Source: Eledone cirrhosa
Taxonomy: Eukaryota
Length of the DNA: 64,000 nucleotides
Assembly (NCBI GenBank): GCA_964016885.1
Contig: OZ024749.1
Location: 48,546,001-48,610,000, forward strand
Direction of reading: 5' to 3'
Part shown: one piece after another, positions 13,333 through 28,342 of the stretch
Layout: each line of letters starts with the position of its first letter
Position numbering within the stretch: position 1 is the stretch's first letter
The notes under the pieces: generated by a model
Told to the model about the DNA's origin: nothing
The model's input: the letters and a program-made list of their open reading frames with translations, nothing else
Database searches by the model: none
Translations under genes and position numbers: made by a program

Positions 13333-13395
13333 GAACCAAATAAATATATATATATTTTTTTAAAAATAAGACTCCAGTTGCATTTTCGATTTCAT

Positions 13396-13496
<101 letters not shown>

Positions 13497-14116
13497 GTGT
13501 TTGTGTGTGTGTGTGTACATGCATTTTATCTCGCGAGTCAGTTCTTTCGTTGCTACAGAACACGCGGCAGGAACTGCCGGTCGCTATCTTCAATTTGCAA
13601 ACCTCTTTAAACTGTATGTTTACTCTGAGGTCTATACCTTGTCGAGTGCTCGGCTGCACTGCTGAATGCATTCGTCAGCTTAGCTGCGGCTCGATCTTCG
13701 ACTGTGCTGTACTTTCATTTGTATATTTATATATATAAATATATATAGAGAGTTCGTTGAGATATATTTGAATATATATATGTGTGTGTGTGTGCGCGCA
13801 TGTGTGTGTGTATGTGTGTGTGCTTGTGTATTTATATACATTATAGATGATAATATGATTAAGATGGAAGAGAGGAGATACATAAGAGCTGAAGCAAACA
13901 AATGAAGGCTAATTAAGGTTAATTAATGAGTTGTGTCATTTAATAATATAAAGTTTCTCCAACATTGTCTGTGGTTAGTAACAATTTATTTATCATCACT
14001 ATTCAAAAATTGTTTTCAAATATCCATTTGTTGCTCATTTTTCTGTTTCTCTCCCTATATATGTTATTATTTTCCAATTGATTTAATCTCGTTATATACC
14101 CTAAAAAATCCCGTCG

Positions 14117-14228
14117 ATATTAACTTTGCCTTTCATCCTTTCGTGGTCGATAAAATAAAGTACAGGGGTCGATTCAATCGACTTTTCCCTCCCCCAAAAT
14201 TGCTGGCATTGTGCCTATATAAGAAACC
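14117..14228 (+). mobile_element. Partial SINE, dominant family or close relative
   Basis: TTAACTTTGCCTTTCATCCTTTCGTGGTCGATAAAATAAAGTAC...TTGCTGGCATTGTGCCTA...AGAAAC. Confidence 0.75.
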
Positions 14229-14398
14229 AGTATATACCCTAACTGTATTCTATTCTCTAACTATATTTCACATACAATGTATTTCATATGTTAAAATACA
14301 CACATGTATGTATATATACACACACATACAAATATTCAGATATACCTGCACCTCCAACCACTCGACCAACACACACAAGCAATCAATATATATACAAT

Positions 14399-14438
<40 letters not shown>

Positions 14439-14787
14439 CATATACAGGGCGTCCTCCCAACATGTATACCCACTTCAAAAGATTTCTAATAAATATTGCC
14501 TGTTCAGGTAATCAAAATATGTATACATTTGTGGGGAGGGGACCCTTTTGTATATGTATTTATAATTTTACTAATATTTGACAGAATATTTGATGAAGCA
14601 TCTAGATTTTATTTAATTATACACTATATTTATGTATTTAGCTCTATTTTTTGTTGGTGGTGGGGTTGATAGCAAATGTAAACATTCAAAAGAACACAGA
14701 GATTTGTAGCGTAGACTTTTATCAATATATATATATGTATATATATATATATATGTTTACAGTACTCAATTTTTATTAAACTGCACT

Positions 14788-14841
<54 letters not shown>

Positions 14842-15137
14842 GTGTTTGCTTCATTTTAACCAAATGACCAACTTACATGAAGTTTAAAGAGAAAAATCAG
14901 AGTCAATGTTTAAAATGCTGACCACCTTATTCAGGAGGGGCACAATTTTTAACCCCGAAAACACTCTGGAGCCTGAAAGAGTTTTTTTCTTGTGCGAAAT
15001 CATTCTGGATACGAGTCATCAGGCCAGTTGTGAAGTGGTTTGGCCTCAACCTAGGGTCACACGAAATTAACTAAAACGAAATACTCTAATGTAAGCAAAC
15101 ACACAGACACACACAAACTCACATAAATATATGCATG

Positions 15138-15264
<127 letters not shown>

Positions 15265-15283
15265 ATATATATGTATGCATAGC

Positions 15284-15406
<123 letters not shown>

Positions 15407-15802
15407 CAAGAATCCTTTTGTAAGAACTTTATAATTCCAATCCACAGATTCCTATCCATATTGTTTTCCCTTTCCGTTTTCCTCTTTTAAGCATATTTGT
15501 ATTAAATCCGTCGTTGTTATTCTAATAGATAAGTTTATTTTATTTTTCTACTTTATATCCCACGTTGCCACCACATATATTAATTAATACTGCTTCATAT
15601 ATTAGTCCCATTTAGTAAGGTTTTGTGAAATTGTTTCATTATTTTGTACGTGATATTTTTTCCTGACTATTTTTTCCAGCGTAATATAATCCTTTTTAAA
15701 TCCCGGGTCACAGGGTTTAGACTCGAGTAGCTATTACAGTTACTACAGCAACTGTATAAGCTTATCTTCAACAAGTAGAAAATTAAATAAATAATAACAA
15801 TA

Positions 15803-16150
<348 letters not shown>

Positions 16151-16496
16151 GTCAATGGATGATAATTATGATGATTAAGATGATGATGATGATTTTGTGG
16201 ATGCAGCAATAGCAACAACAACATTAAATAATTAAGTACACCCATGGTAGGGATTTAAAATGTATAAAACAAAATAAAATCAATTTAAGAGTTATAAACA
16301 AAAATAGATATATATATATAGACAAGTAATTCTCTCTAAATACACTAAAAATATTAATTAAATTATAGAAAAAAACTTCCAGATAATTAAGTCTCCTCAG
16401 ACAAAATGCATTTAAAAAAATCTTTTTTCAATCTGTGTTGAGGATAATTTAATGGGAAAAAAAGTACGAATAATAATAACAACAACCTCAAAATAC

Positions 16497-16706
16497 TTGT
16501 TTCTACATTTGCCACAAGGCCAGTAATTTTAAGAAGAGGTGAACGACGATTAAATCGACCTCAGTGCATTACTGCTGATTTATGTTTCTATCAGGTAAGA
16601 ATAAAAGACAAAACTAACCCAGTGGGATTTGGACACGGAACGTAAAGGGTCGTAAGTCTATGTCGCAAATCATATAGTCGGACGCTCTACCGATACTGCC
16701 TAGCCA
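16497..16706 (-). mobile_element. Diverged full-length tRNA-derived SINE
   Basis: TTGTTTCTAC..GCCACAAGGCCAG...CAGTGCATTACTG...CGGACGCTCTACCGATACTGCC. Confidence 0.8.
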
Positions 16707-17274
16707 CATAATAATAATAATAATTCACAGCAAAAGGAAGATGTCAAAATTGTTTTTTCGTGTGATGGGGGTGTTGTGATGCCACTTTTATGGGACCCAA
16801 ATATTTCATTAGATGCTACAATGCGTTCTCCACTCCCGATCGATGTAAGAGGAACCAGAACTTGGTGGTATTTTGAACCAGAATATAAATTCAGTACTAT
16901 TAACAGTAACACTTCTCACTGTAAACTATCGGACCCTATATGATAACTGTGGGTTATCAAATGGAACACTATGCCGGTAGGATTTTGTGAGACATGTAGA
17001 AAGAATGAATTTGCTATTTTGTAAGTTTTTCGTGAATTGTTGTATTAATGGAATATATTATACCCCATCCAGATTTTATTAGGTAGACCGTCCTATGATG
17101 AAATATATACCAAATATCTCGATCTCGTATTCTTTGCAGTATTATCCAATATATCTTGTGTATGGTATCAATTCCGAGTTAATTAACAGCTATGTCTAGC
17201 AGGTTTATTACAAACGTAGCGTCTCCTCCGTGGATATGAAGTTGTGTTTATGTAAATGTGAGTCCTGGGTGTAC

Positions 17275-17345
<71 letters not shown>

Positions 17346-17381
17346 TATATAGATAGATAGATAGATAGATAGATAGAGAGA

Positions 17382-17455
<74 letters not shown>

Positions 17456-17830
17456 GGAATGACTGAGAGAGAGAGGACATGACTGCCTGACTGACAGATA
17501 TATTTCTAAGTTTGTATATACGTGTGAATAAATTGATATAACTTATAGATTGGTGGATCGTTATGTGTATCCATTGCTTAGATTGTGAACGGATCCATAC
17601 TTATTTATGTATTGTAATGACAGAGTGTGGATCAATCATCTACTACTGTTTGGTTATAGTTGCTAGTCGAACACACGAACATAGAAAAGTCCCACTCTGT
17701 TCATCTTTCCCGATGAATAGAAACTACCATAATTTGAAGCTAACTGAACTGATTTATAACTTTCACTCTCTCACTTACTCTCTATCACCTCCCTCTCTTT
17801 CTCTCTCTCTATATATCTCTCTCTCTATTT

Positions 17831-17902
<72 letters not shown>

Positions 17903-18079
17903 CGCCCTAGGTCTTGATCTACCTTATATGATGTGTCCTATAGGAGTGTACAAATGTCATTTCGGAGTTATTTGTCCTTTATATTTAACATGATGAATGT
18001 TCATACTGAGGTACATTGCTAAGGTTGATATAACTGGTGTCTTTTTTTTTCAGTTCGAATGTGAAACTATTAAAACTTC

Positions 18080-18178
<99 letters not shown>

Positions 18179-18208
18179 TGTATATGCATATATATATACA
18201 TATATATA

Positions 18209-18393
<185 letters not shown>

Positions 18394-18433
18394 AGAAAAA
18401 CAGATGTGAGAAAAACCTCATACACTCCATCTA

Positions 18434-18469
18434 CTTTTGAAAAGCAGAAGAACTGCGAAACCGGTAAAG
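18434..18469 (+). ncRNA. Minimal type I hammerhead ribozyme, U3-A8 core variant with palindromic loop III
   Basis: Stem I CTT/AAG; core TTGAAAA; stem II GCAG/CTGC; GAAA-CCGG-TA (ACCGGT palindrome). Directly follows a (TA)n tract. Confidence 0.65.
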
Positions 18470-18836
18470 GAACCAAATAAATATGTATATATTTTTTTTA
18501 AATAAGATTCCAGTTGCATTTTCGCTTTCATCTTTTTTTTTATACATTCACTCGTGTAGGAAACCTCAGTTATTTTTCATATTGTAAAAAAAACCTCACA
18601 TTCTAATATATATATATATTTGGAAATCTCTCAGATCTCACCTTCTCTCATCGTCACTCTAAATGTCAAATGCACCCTACTCCATTTCCTTTGGGCCCCC
18701 TTTGAAAAAAAATATCTTTGAATAGCTGTACTTGTTGTTAATGTTGTTATTTTAAAATGTTCTCAAAGTTATATTTGTAGAAATATGTTTTCCTTCCAAT
18801 ATTAACATTTGTAATGCTATTTATACACACACACAT

Positions 18837-18875
<39 letters not shown>

Positions 18876-19151
18876 TTGGATCTTCCCTTTCCATTTTTTA
18901 TATTATATGTAAATGTTTCTACGTGTACGATTACTGATGAAGTTGTGGCATAATCTCCATATGTACATGCACTGAGCCGACCTATAATAAAAGTCTTCCA
19001 CCTGTCATGAACTTATCCACTGACATCGTGAATATCTGGTGAGCTATTATCCAATGTGTATGCACATTTGCAGTCGGAACGTGGCAATTTCAGAGTGAGG
19101 GGACTGAATGTTTTAGCAAATATACAATTATCCACGTAGTATCTACATGGG

Positions 19152-19292
<141 letters not shown>

Positions 19293-19294
19293 TA

Positions 19295-19356
<62 letters not shown>

Positions 19357-19392
19357 TATATATGTGTATATATATATATATACACATATATA

Positions 19393-19462
<70 letters not shown>

Positions 19463-19667
19463 CATGCATATATGTATGTATAGCTAAACATATAAATACA
19501 TATATACACATACTTACATACAAACATGTGTACTATTACCAAGTGTACAGTGAATACATTTGAGTTTTATAAGGGCAATTTTCCAATTTATAGCAAATTG
19601 GTATTTTTTAGTTTTTAGTTTTTGTCCTGTCCCTTGTTAGTTGTTCATTCTGATTCTATTGTGTATT

Positions 19668-19716
<49 letters not shown>

Positions 19717-19760
19717 CACTCATATATATATAAATAAATAAATAAATAAATATATATATA

Positions 19761-19828
<68 letters not shown>

Positions 19829-20035
19829 CATAAATACATATATATACATATATATACATATATATACATATATACATATATATATATATAATTACATATA
19901 TATATATGTATAATACATATATACATATAAACATATATGTTTATATATACATAGATATATATGGATATATATATATATATACAGATATATGCATACATAT
20001 ATATATATAGTTATATATATATATCTATCTATCTA

Positions 20036-20099
<64 letters not shown>

Positions 20100-20126
20100 C
20101 ATATATATATATATATACACATATAT

Positions 20127-20175
<49 letters not shown>

Positions 20176-20194
20176 TACATATATACATACATAT

Positions 20195-20251
<57 letters not shown>

Positions 20252-20596
20252 TACACATATATATATATACATATATATATTTATATACACACACACATAT
20301 GTAATGTGTGTGTATATATATGTACATAATTACTAATAACTAGTCTTATTTTTTCCTTATATTAATAATGTCAAATATACTTGCTGCCCATTACGTTTAT
20401 TTTATTCTTATATTTATCTATATATTTGTATTAATATATTGCCCAATTATTGCACTGAAACCAACATCAATACGGTATGTATCAATAAATATATTTGTTT
20501 TCATCTATGTATTTATTTATATGAATATAGACATATACCCTCCCATTCCCTCTACCCCTCCCTCTCTCTCTATCTCTCTCTCGCTTTATATATATT

Positions 20597-20664
<68 letters not shown>

Positions 20665-20683
20665 TATATATATATATATATAC

Positions 20684-20810
<127 letters not shown>

Positions 20811-21727
20811 CATATTTATATGTATATGCATTATGCGCTTATGTGTTTGTTGTGTGGTCGGTATGCGCCCATGTGTCCATACATATATGTTTAATGAGAA
20901 GGAGAAAGAGAAAGAGAGATGGAAATGTGTAAATGTTTGAGCGTGTGTGCACGTGTGTGTACTTTGTCTGCACATGCGCGAACGTTTGTTCATATATTTT
21001 TACTTTGAACTTTATTATTACTCTATTTTATTTCTTTTTTCAATACAAAGTTATCTAGTGTTTTTTCTCGTCCATCATATTATTTTTACAAAAATAAATA
21101 ATAGTCACAAACCAACAAACCTCGTAAAATAAAGAAAACATATTTGCTTTTTCCCTTAATGTTTATTTATATTATTTTTGCAATATCTACGCATAATATT
21201 ATTATTACTATTTTTTATCATTTTACAGAATCCTTAGAACGTTGCTCAAAATGTTTTATTTCCTTCGGCACTTCACCCTCTATTCTCAAATATAACCGAG
21301 CTCAAATTTGATATTATTATTCCGAGTTCGATGAATTAAGATAACAGTCCTGTAATGAGAGTCGTTTAATGGAATTTCCCATCCAACAAATTGCTAACTG
21401 TGAGCTTAAGTTAAATTCCGTTATTATTATTAATCTATATGTGTTATATATGTATCCACTTCCATAATGTATCACCCATTCGTACGTCAGTCGTCGACGA
21501 AGTAATTTACACAGGCGAAACATTGCAGCATTTTCCTTCCTTTGTGTGTTTAGACCTAACGTGCACATACACGCACATACATACACACTCTCATTCCCAC
21601 ACACACACACACACATATATATATATTAGAAATTAGAAATTATAAGCTTTCACCGTATTTTAGACTAAAGACATTTCTAGCCTGATAGTGGGGTTTATAA
21701 CCTCGGAGAAATGGAAAAAGATGAGTG

Positions 21728-21800
21728 TTGCCGTACATGGCAGTCGAACCCACATCTTTGGTTATCCAGACCACTGTGCTACCATTACACCAATACACAT
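21728..21800 (-). tRNA. tRNA-like sequence (element-borne, probably non-translational), inverted copy
   Basis: Reverse complement of 22128-22198 with a few substitutions. Confidence 0.55.
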
Positions 21801-22127
21801 CCCATCTCCTTCCATTCGAATTAGAAGCTATGAACTTAGCAAGTGAATGATAAACAAGCAAATTATAAACGTAAACATGTAAGTATGTTTTTGAAACGGT
21901 GCGCGAGTTTGAAATTAGAAATTATAAGCTTTCACCGTATTTTAGGCTAAAGACATTTCTAGCCTGATAGTGGGGTTTATAACCCTCGGAAACTTATAAT
22001 TTCTAATTATAATTTCAAATTCGCGCACCGTTTCAAAAATATACTTACATGTTTGCGTTTATAATTTGCTTGTTTATCATTCACTTGCTAAGTTCATAGC
22101 TTCTAATTCGAATGGAAGGAGATGGGA

Positions 22128-22198
22128 TGTGTATTGGTGTAATGGTAGCACAGTGGTCTGGATAACCAAAGATGTGGGTTCGACTCCCATGTACAGCA
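22128..22198 (+). tRNA. tRNA-like sequence (element-borne, probably non-translational)
   Basis: A box TGGTGTAATGG, anticodon-like arm TGGT-CTGGATA-ACCA, T arm TGGG-TTCGACT-CCCA, partial acceptor pairing TGTAT/GTACA. Confidence 0.6.
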
Positions 22199-22536
22199 AC
22201 ACTCATCTTTTTTCATTTCTCCGAGGGTTATAAACCCCACTATCAGGCTAGAAATTCCTTTAGTCTAAAATACGGTGAAAGCTTATAATTTCTAATTTCT
22301 AATTTCAAACTCGTGCACCGTTTCAAAAACATACTTACATGTTTACGTTTATAATTTGCTTGTATATATATATATACATACACATATATGTATTTATATG
22401 TATGTATGTATATGTATATATATATATATATATATAAACTCATATATACATATACATAAAATCATGCTTACTTCCCATACCATGTATCCATAAAATGTTC
22501 TGATGAAGAACTTCTGATATTTTAACCTTTATTATA

Positions 22537-22583
22537 TACTCCGATGAAACCGGGCATGTGCTAGCATGAAACGATCGTAAGTA
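22537..22583 (+). ncRNA. Minimal type I hammerhead motif with U4C change
   Basis: TACT-CCGATGA-...-GAAAC-GATC-GTA-AGTA. 4 bp stem I and palindromic ACGATCGT; island between (TA)n tracts. Confidence 0.6.
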
Positions 22584-22670
22584 ATTAAATGATCAAAAAT
22601 GTCTTTGATTGTTGTTTATAAAGTATACACACACACACACATACAGACGTATATATATATAATATATATA

Positions 22671-22763
<93 letters not shown>

Positions 22764-23977
22764 TCTTCCATATTATAAACCTCAAAACAGAGTCGACACC
22801 CAAATGTATATGAACATCTCTAAGGGAAACGTAAAAAAACTAATGCGGAGAAGAATGAAAGGAAGTATGCGAGACAGATTCAATGGAAGGAATGCAGAAA
22901 GAAGCAATAAAATAAAATAAACAAATGATTATCTTATGTGTGGAACTAACAACTTAACTAGTGAAGTTGCGTTAAATATGTTGTTTACCGACGTTTAAGA
23001 TAAGAAACACACTTGCTTAGTATCTTGACTGATAATAGTTTCGCCCGGTGCTTCACTTCATTTTATTTAGTTATGTATAAGTGGAACTATTTTATATGTC
23101 AGGTTCGTGGACTGGTAGGTTCTCTATAGCATCATACTACAATAGGATTTGCTGCATTTTGTTACTGGAATCTTTGAGATAAAATCCCATGAAGGTTAAT
23201 TTTGCCATATTTTGGTCAAGTACTAGGGAATTTTATATCACTTGTTGCCCATTTTCTCCTTCCAGTTTTACATAAAAAAAATAGCCTTCCCAATAATCCT
23301 TACTCGCAACGATCTCATTTCAAATCCCGCAGAAGCTAATTTTAACCTTCATCCTACCAGAGTCAATTTCATGAAGTACCACTGAAGTACAGAAAGCTTT
23401 ATAATCGGTTCGCTTTCGCAAAGTTACTGGCAGTGTGCCTAAATTAGAAACAATTATTTAATACTTAATATATTTGATGCTACGGCTGTAAAGCTGCTGG
23501 AGTTTCTCTGCTGATGTTTCTGCTACTCATACTACTGCAGCTATAACCAGGGCTGCTGCAACTGTTTTCCTTTTAATTTTTGATATTATTTATGATTTTA
23601 TGAGAAACTATAGAAAGTAAAAATGCTTTGCCTCTACTCAGTTGATTTCGTGAAATACTTTACGGAATGAACACGATGAAAACTTACATGTCTATGTCTA
23701 CCACTATATATGTTGTTGTTACCATTGAAATAAAAAAAGTCCTAGGCCTGTAAACGTCACTATTAAAGAAAGAACTGTTAGTATGAACTATTTATTCACT
23801 GAAAGACCATTGTGAATGTATAAAAGAGTTATTGTTTTTATAATATGAGGTTTATTTCGATTTTATAAATTATAACGAATCTGAAATCATAACGTCGTCC
23901 CTATCGTCCACCTTCTTCGAACATTACATATGTAAGAATGTATGACAATTCTTTTATCTATCAATACATATATAAAC

Positions 23978-24075
<98 letters not shown>

Positions 24076-24154
24076 TGTTCTATCCACATATACATAGCTG
24101 TCTGTCCAATCAACTCTCTCTCTCTCTCTCTCTCTCATTCTCTATGTATATATA

Positions 24155-25079
24155 TAAAGCAGGCTACCTCAACAAAATAGAGTACATAGATGGGAACAAT
24201 CAAAACACCCAAAATAAATCCCACATAGGTAGATATAATAACACAACACCAAACCACACTTACTACCATAGTATGCACACCAGTAAACCAACAAACAAAA
24301 CTAATAGAAAGCGATGCAAAGAGTACTTATGGTATAACCCCGAATACAATAGCTCCATTAGTACAAATTTACCAGTACTCTTCTTTAAAATAATTAAAAG
24401 ACATTTTCCCACATCACACAAATACCACAAAATCCTAAACCCTACCACTATAAGACTGTCATACTCTACAGCGTTAAACCTTGAACAACACATAAAAAAG
24501 ATCAATACTAGAAGGTTAAACGAAAACACTAAGAACTTAAGTACAAAGAACCCCAAAAAAACAGTAGACAATACACTACAGAACATAAATAAACCACACC
24601 TAAGTTCGTCCGCAATACTACTCCAGAGAAAACCCAACGTACACAACTGTAACTGCACCTATCCTGACAACTGCCCCCTCGGCAATAACTGCCTGGAAAA
24701 AAATATTATTTATAAGTGTACCATTAAATCCGGAGGCAACGAGTGGTATTACGTGGGATCAACGGCAACATCGTTTAAATCTCGATTGTATAGGCATTCT
24801 TACTCAATAAAACACCAGAGCCAAAGAAATGTAACAACTTTAGCAGAGAAAGCTTGGACGATCAGAGATAGCAATCAAAAGTTTACCCTAAAATGGGAAA
24901 AATTAGCTAAAACCCAAAGCTTTTCCAGGAGCCAAAATTTCTGCAAATTGTGTAATCTTGAGATTTATTACATAATCACACACAAGAAGAAACTGCTGAA
25001 TAACAGAATTGAACGAACATTATTCTGCCGTCACAGAACTAAAACCCTTTTTTCCCACTACAAGCCGAATATTACATAA
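24155..25079 (+). mobile_element. 5'-truncated Penelope-like retroelement (Neptune-type): RT thumb/linker plus GIY-YIG endonuclease ORF remnant
   Basis: Open frame of ~308 codons with LWYNPEYNSSISTNL..FFKIIKRHFP..HKYHKILN..TIRLSYS, Zn motif CNC....NCPL...C, GIY-YIG-like NIIY...YYVGST..FKSR..H, CKLCNLE, LLN.R.E and CRH. The predicted ATG comes from the flanking microsatellite. Confidence 0.88.
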
Positions 25080-25191
25080 AAGAGGGACATCCCCCAACTA
25101 TATAAACCTTAATCTAGTTAGAAAAATATAAAAACAATCTCTTTTCAACATATATTAATAACCTTAAATTACCATACTAATAATGAAAAGA

Positions 25192-25249
25192 TATGCTGAT
25201 GAGAATAGGTACAAATATGCGATAATGAATGTGTCTAAAAACGTCCATA
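25192..25249 (+). ncRNA. Decayed hammerhead ribozyme in the 3' pLTR of the Penelope-like element
   Basis: TATG-CTGATGA-(long stem II)-AAAACGTC-CATA, ~115 nt after the ORF stop. G12 is mutated. Confidence 0.6.
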
Positions 25250-25348
25250 AGTATGTATATATATGTGAAAATGTATATAAATAAGTAAATATATATATAT
25301 GTTTGATGTGTATAGTTAGATGTAAGTGTATTCATGTATTAAAGTGCT

Positions 25349-25383
<35 letters not shown>

Positions 25384-25406
25384 ATATGTGTGTATATATG
25401 TATGTG

Positions 25407-25437
<31 letters not shown>

Positions 25438-26028
25438 GTATATGTATATATGTATATATATATGTGTATGTATGTATGTGTATATGGATGTGTATGTATG
25501 TGTATGTGTGTACACATGGACTAGAGTATGTATGTATATATGTGTGTGTCTATACGTGTGTATATATAAAGATAAGTTGAGTATGAAAATGTATACACAT
25601 GAGCGCGTATGTATGTACATGAATACATGTGTGTATATATATGTGTATGCATGTGTATATATATGTAAGTATGAATATGTGAATTGTGAGTATATGTATT
25701 TTGTAGAGGTGTGCAAATATATTTGTGTGTGAATGCGTGGGTGAAAGAATACGTACACTTGAAAGAAAAATTTAAGTCTGAATGTTAAGTGCAAACACAA
25801 AACCAACCACGCATATCTTTACTATCTCTAATCCTTCTATAGATTTAGAAAAATAACCAATAATATATTCTATAAAAAATGTCAAAACAACAGATGGGAA
25901 TCTAATTAATCACTGCCACCAAGAATTCTCACTGCTATCGAAAAACCACTCCTTCAACTATTCTTCTAACAACTTCACCCCTTCCTCCTAATATTCTCTA
26001 TAAAAACTAAATAGGTCCTCAGTAATAT

Positions 26029-26074
26029 TATTCTGATGAAATGACAGTAAATAATAACATTGAAATATTGAATG
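26029..26074 (+). ncRNA. Minimal type I hammerhead motif
   Basis: TATT-CTGATGA-AATG(14 nt)CATT-GAAATATTG-AATG; palindromic AATATT; G at the cleavage position. Confidence 0.55.
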
Positions 26075-26291
26075 TCTGCATAACTAAAAGTTTGTAGATA
26101 GCTGTTTTAGGTTATGTAACTGTTATAGAAACACGTGTCAGTAAATTCCTTTCAACTAAACTGTATCCATTCAAATCTTTCTATTTTTCTCCGGATTACT
26201 TTTGGAACTACAACTGGAACCGTCGAGCAAACTCTACGTGAGCTGATAATCTACTGTGTGTAATATTTATATTACAACACAACGGAAAATA

Positions 26292-26351
<60 letters not shown>

Positions 26352-28342
26352 TAGGTTTATTGTAAATTACACAATGTATAGACGTTCATACTGGGAATCT
26401 TTAGACAATATAATGTCTAAAGCAGTAGTGATGTTCACATTTAGGACAACAAACAGTAAACATCTTCATTGGCGATGATCTCCACTCAATATATTATCCT
26501 TTGAAATTTTGAGAGTTTTCTTTCCTGCTTCTTTTGAGAATGATTTCCATTATCGCTAATGGCTTATCTTCTCCTCAGGTGTATAAAACCTATTGATTAA
26601 ACTTTATTTTCAAATTAACACTTTAAGTACGGTTTTCTGCACTTAACAATATGATCATCATGAACAAAGCACCTATGGGAAATACTCGTGAGTGACTATG
26701 TGTGTTTGTGTATATTTACGTGTGTGCGTTTATGTTCATCTTTTACTTTCAAATATAGTCCATACTATCAAAATGAGTACTTACTTCCGCCTGCTACTTG
26801 TGTTCGTCTCTATTTGTCAAGTCATCAAAGTCATGGATCACAAATATACACACCAGGATCACGAAAAATATAGCACACTTACACATGTGTATATGCTGGG
26901 CATCACCTCTGATTCCTATACAAATGTCTCTAAAAATGTCAGAAAATTCACTTCCTGTGCAAACGTATTTCATATGGAACTATGTGGTTGTAAAAGGAAC
27001 CCGCAATCTCGAAGTTATGTTGACGGGTGTACGTATTATATACACATTTGAACGTGAAAATATCAATTCATAAATGTATTCTCTGTTACATTGATTTATC
27101 GATTTGTAGGTAATGTAAATAAAACCATTGTGAACAATTTCAGCATTTTTTTTTTATGGACTGAATTTACAATTGTCTACATTTTTATAAAGGCCATTCT
27201 TATTAGCTTGTACCCAGATATACAGAAGATAATATATCACAATTAATCTTGCTCCAGAAATCTTCAATTAAAATATGTTTATATAAAATACCAAGATTCT
27301 ACCTGTTGAAAATTTTACAGAATATTTTGACAGTTTGTTTTTTCATGACAACTGCTAAAGTCTGACTCAAAACACAAACATTCCTCTGCAATTCATTTGA
27401 AATACAACACAATAGAGAACCCTTTACAATTGTCCTTCTGCTAGCTGTGTTGTCAAGGCTACAGTCAGAATCAGAATGGAGAAATATCTAACAAACACAA
27501 TGAACTTCAAGTATACGGACAGAATTTAGAGTAGAAATATTAAACAAATCTAGACTAGAAATATTGATTTTGTTTGACTAGCCACCGGCTAATTCTTTTA
27601 AAAATCTCACCAACCAACGCGATTGTGATTGGCCTAGCTTCTTGTATAGCAAATAATTCCCCCTTAAATCAAATCCTAGTATTACTACAGCGTTATGACA
27701 ATATTTTCTAATCCTCATATCTATGTGGTGGGATGTAAATAATATTGCCAAAACACCCGATGCAAACGAATGTTCTTAAATCATTGTATTCCAGTGTCTC
27801 TCTACCCAGATATAGCTTTCAAATAATTAGGAGAAAAAAAAAACATATCTATCCAGATATAGCTTTTCACCTCATTTTTGGTCAGTTGCTACATATGTTT
27901 TAGATGTGTGTGTGTGTGAATTTAATCCCGCACACACAGACACTCATAGATACATACATATCCAAAATGTGACAAAGGTGTGTTGTTTTCTATTGTATGT
28001 GTAATGTGTGTGTATATTTAATTGCCTGTGTGTGATGATAATGTATCTGCAACTTACGTAGTAACTAACTCGCAAACAAACTCACAGACACATACACACT
28101 CATACAAAATGTGACTCGTCGTTGTCATCGAAACCACATCTTTCTAACTTTGATTTTAAAAGTATGTTTATAATTATTAATTTTTATTTGACTTTTGTAG
28201 CTGTTTCGGCGGCGTAGTTGGAGGAATCAAAGACGGTGGGGATCTTGGTCTAAAGTTCTATCCTTGTCGGGATTAGGATTCCAGGTAAAACTTTTCATTT
28301 TTTTTATGGGATGTAAAATAAAAACTGGAAATGTTTACATGC

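Larger units (their letters stand above)
21626..22362. mobile_element. Composite element: a ~285 bp tRNA-containing unit present as two head-to-head partial tandem arrays, inserted in (TA)n
   Basis: The unit recurs at 21629/21911 (minus arm) and 22011/22301 (plus arm). 21626-21928 is the reverse complement of about 21993-22300. Confidence 0.85.

Noticed and set aside
14900-15045. Hammerhead candidates (GGGG/CCCC-GAAA on plus; CTGATGA on minus)
   Set aside because: Boxes could not be assembled with convincing stems on one strand.
17975-18075. ATGATGA...GAAACTATTA motif in a (TA)n island
   Set aside because: Core is mutated and the stems rely on G.U pairs; too weak to call, though it may be a decayed family member.
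18930-19090. CTGATGA box in a (TA)n island
   Set aside because: No matching GAAA box with pairing arms found.
22128-22198. Functional tRNA-Ser(GGA) gene
   Set aside because: No long variable arm, imperfect acceptor stem, an anticodon rarely used in eukaryotes, and it sits inside a repeated element.
26350-26650. Minus-strand CTGAGGA and GAACGTC motifs next to (TA)n
   Set aside because: Boxes are too far apart and incomplete.
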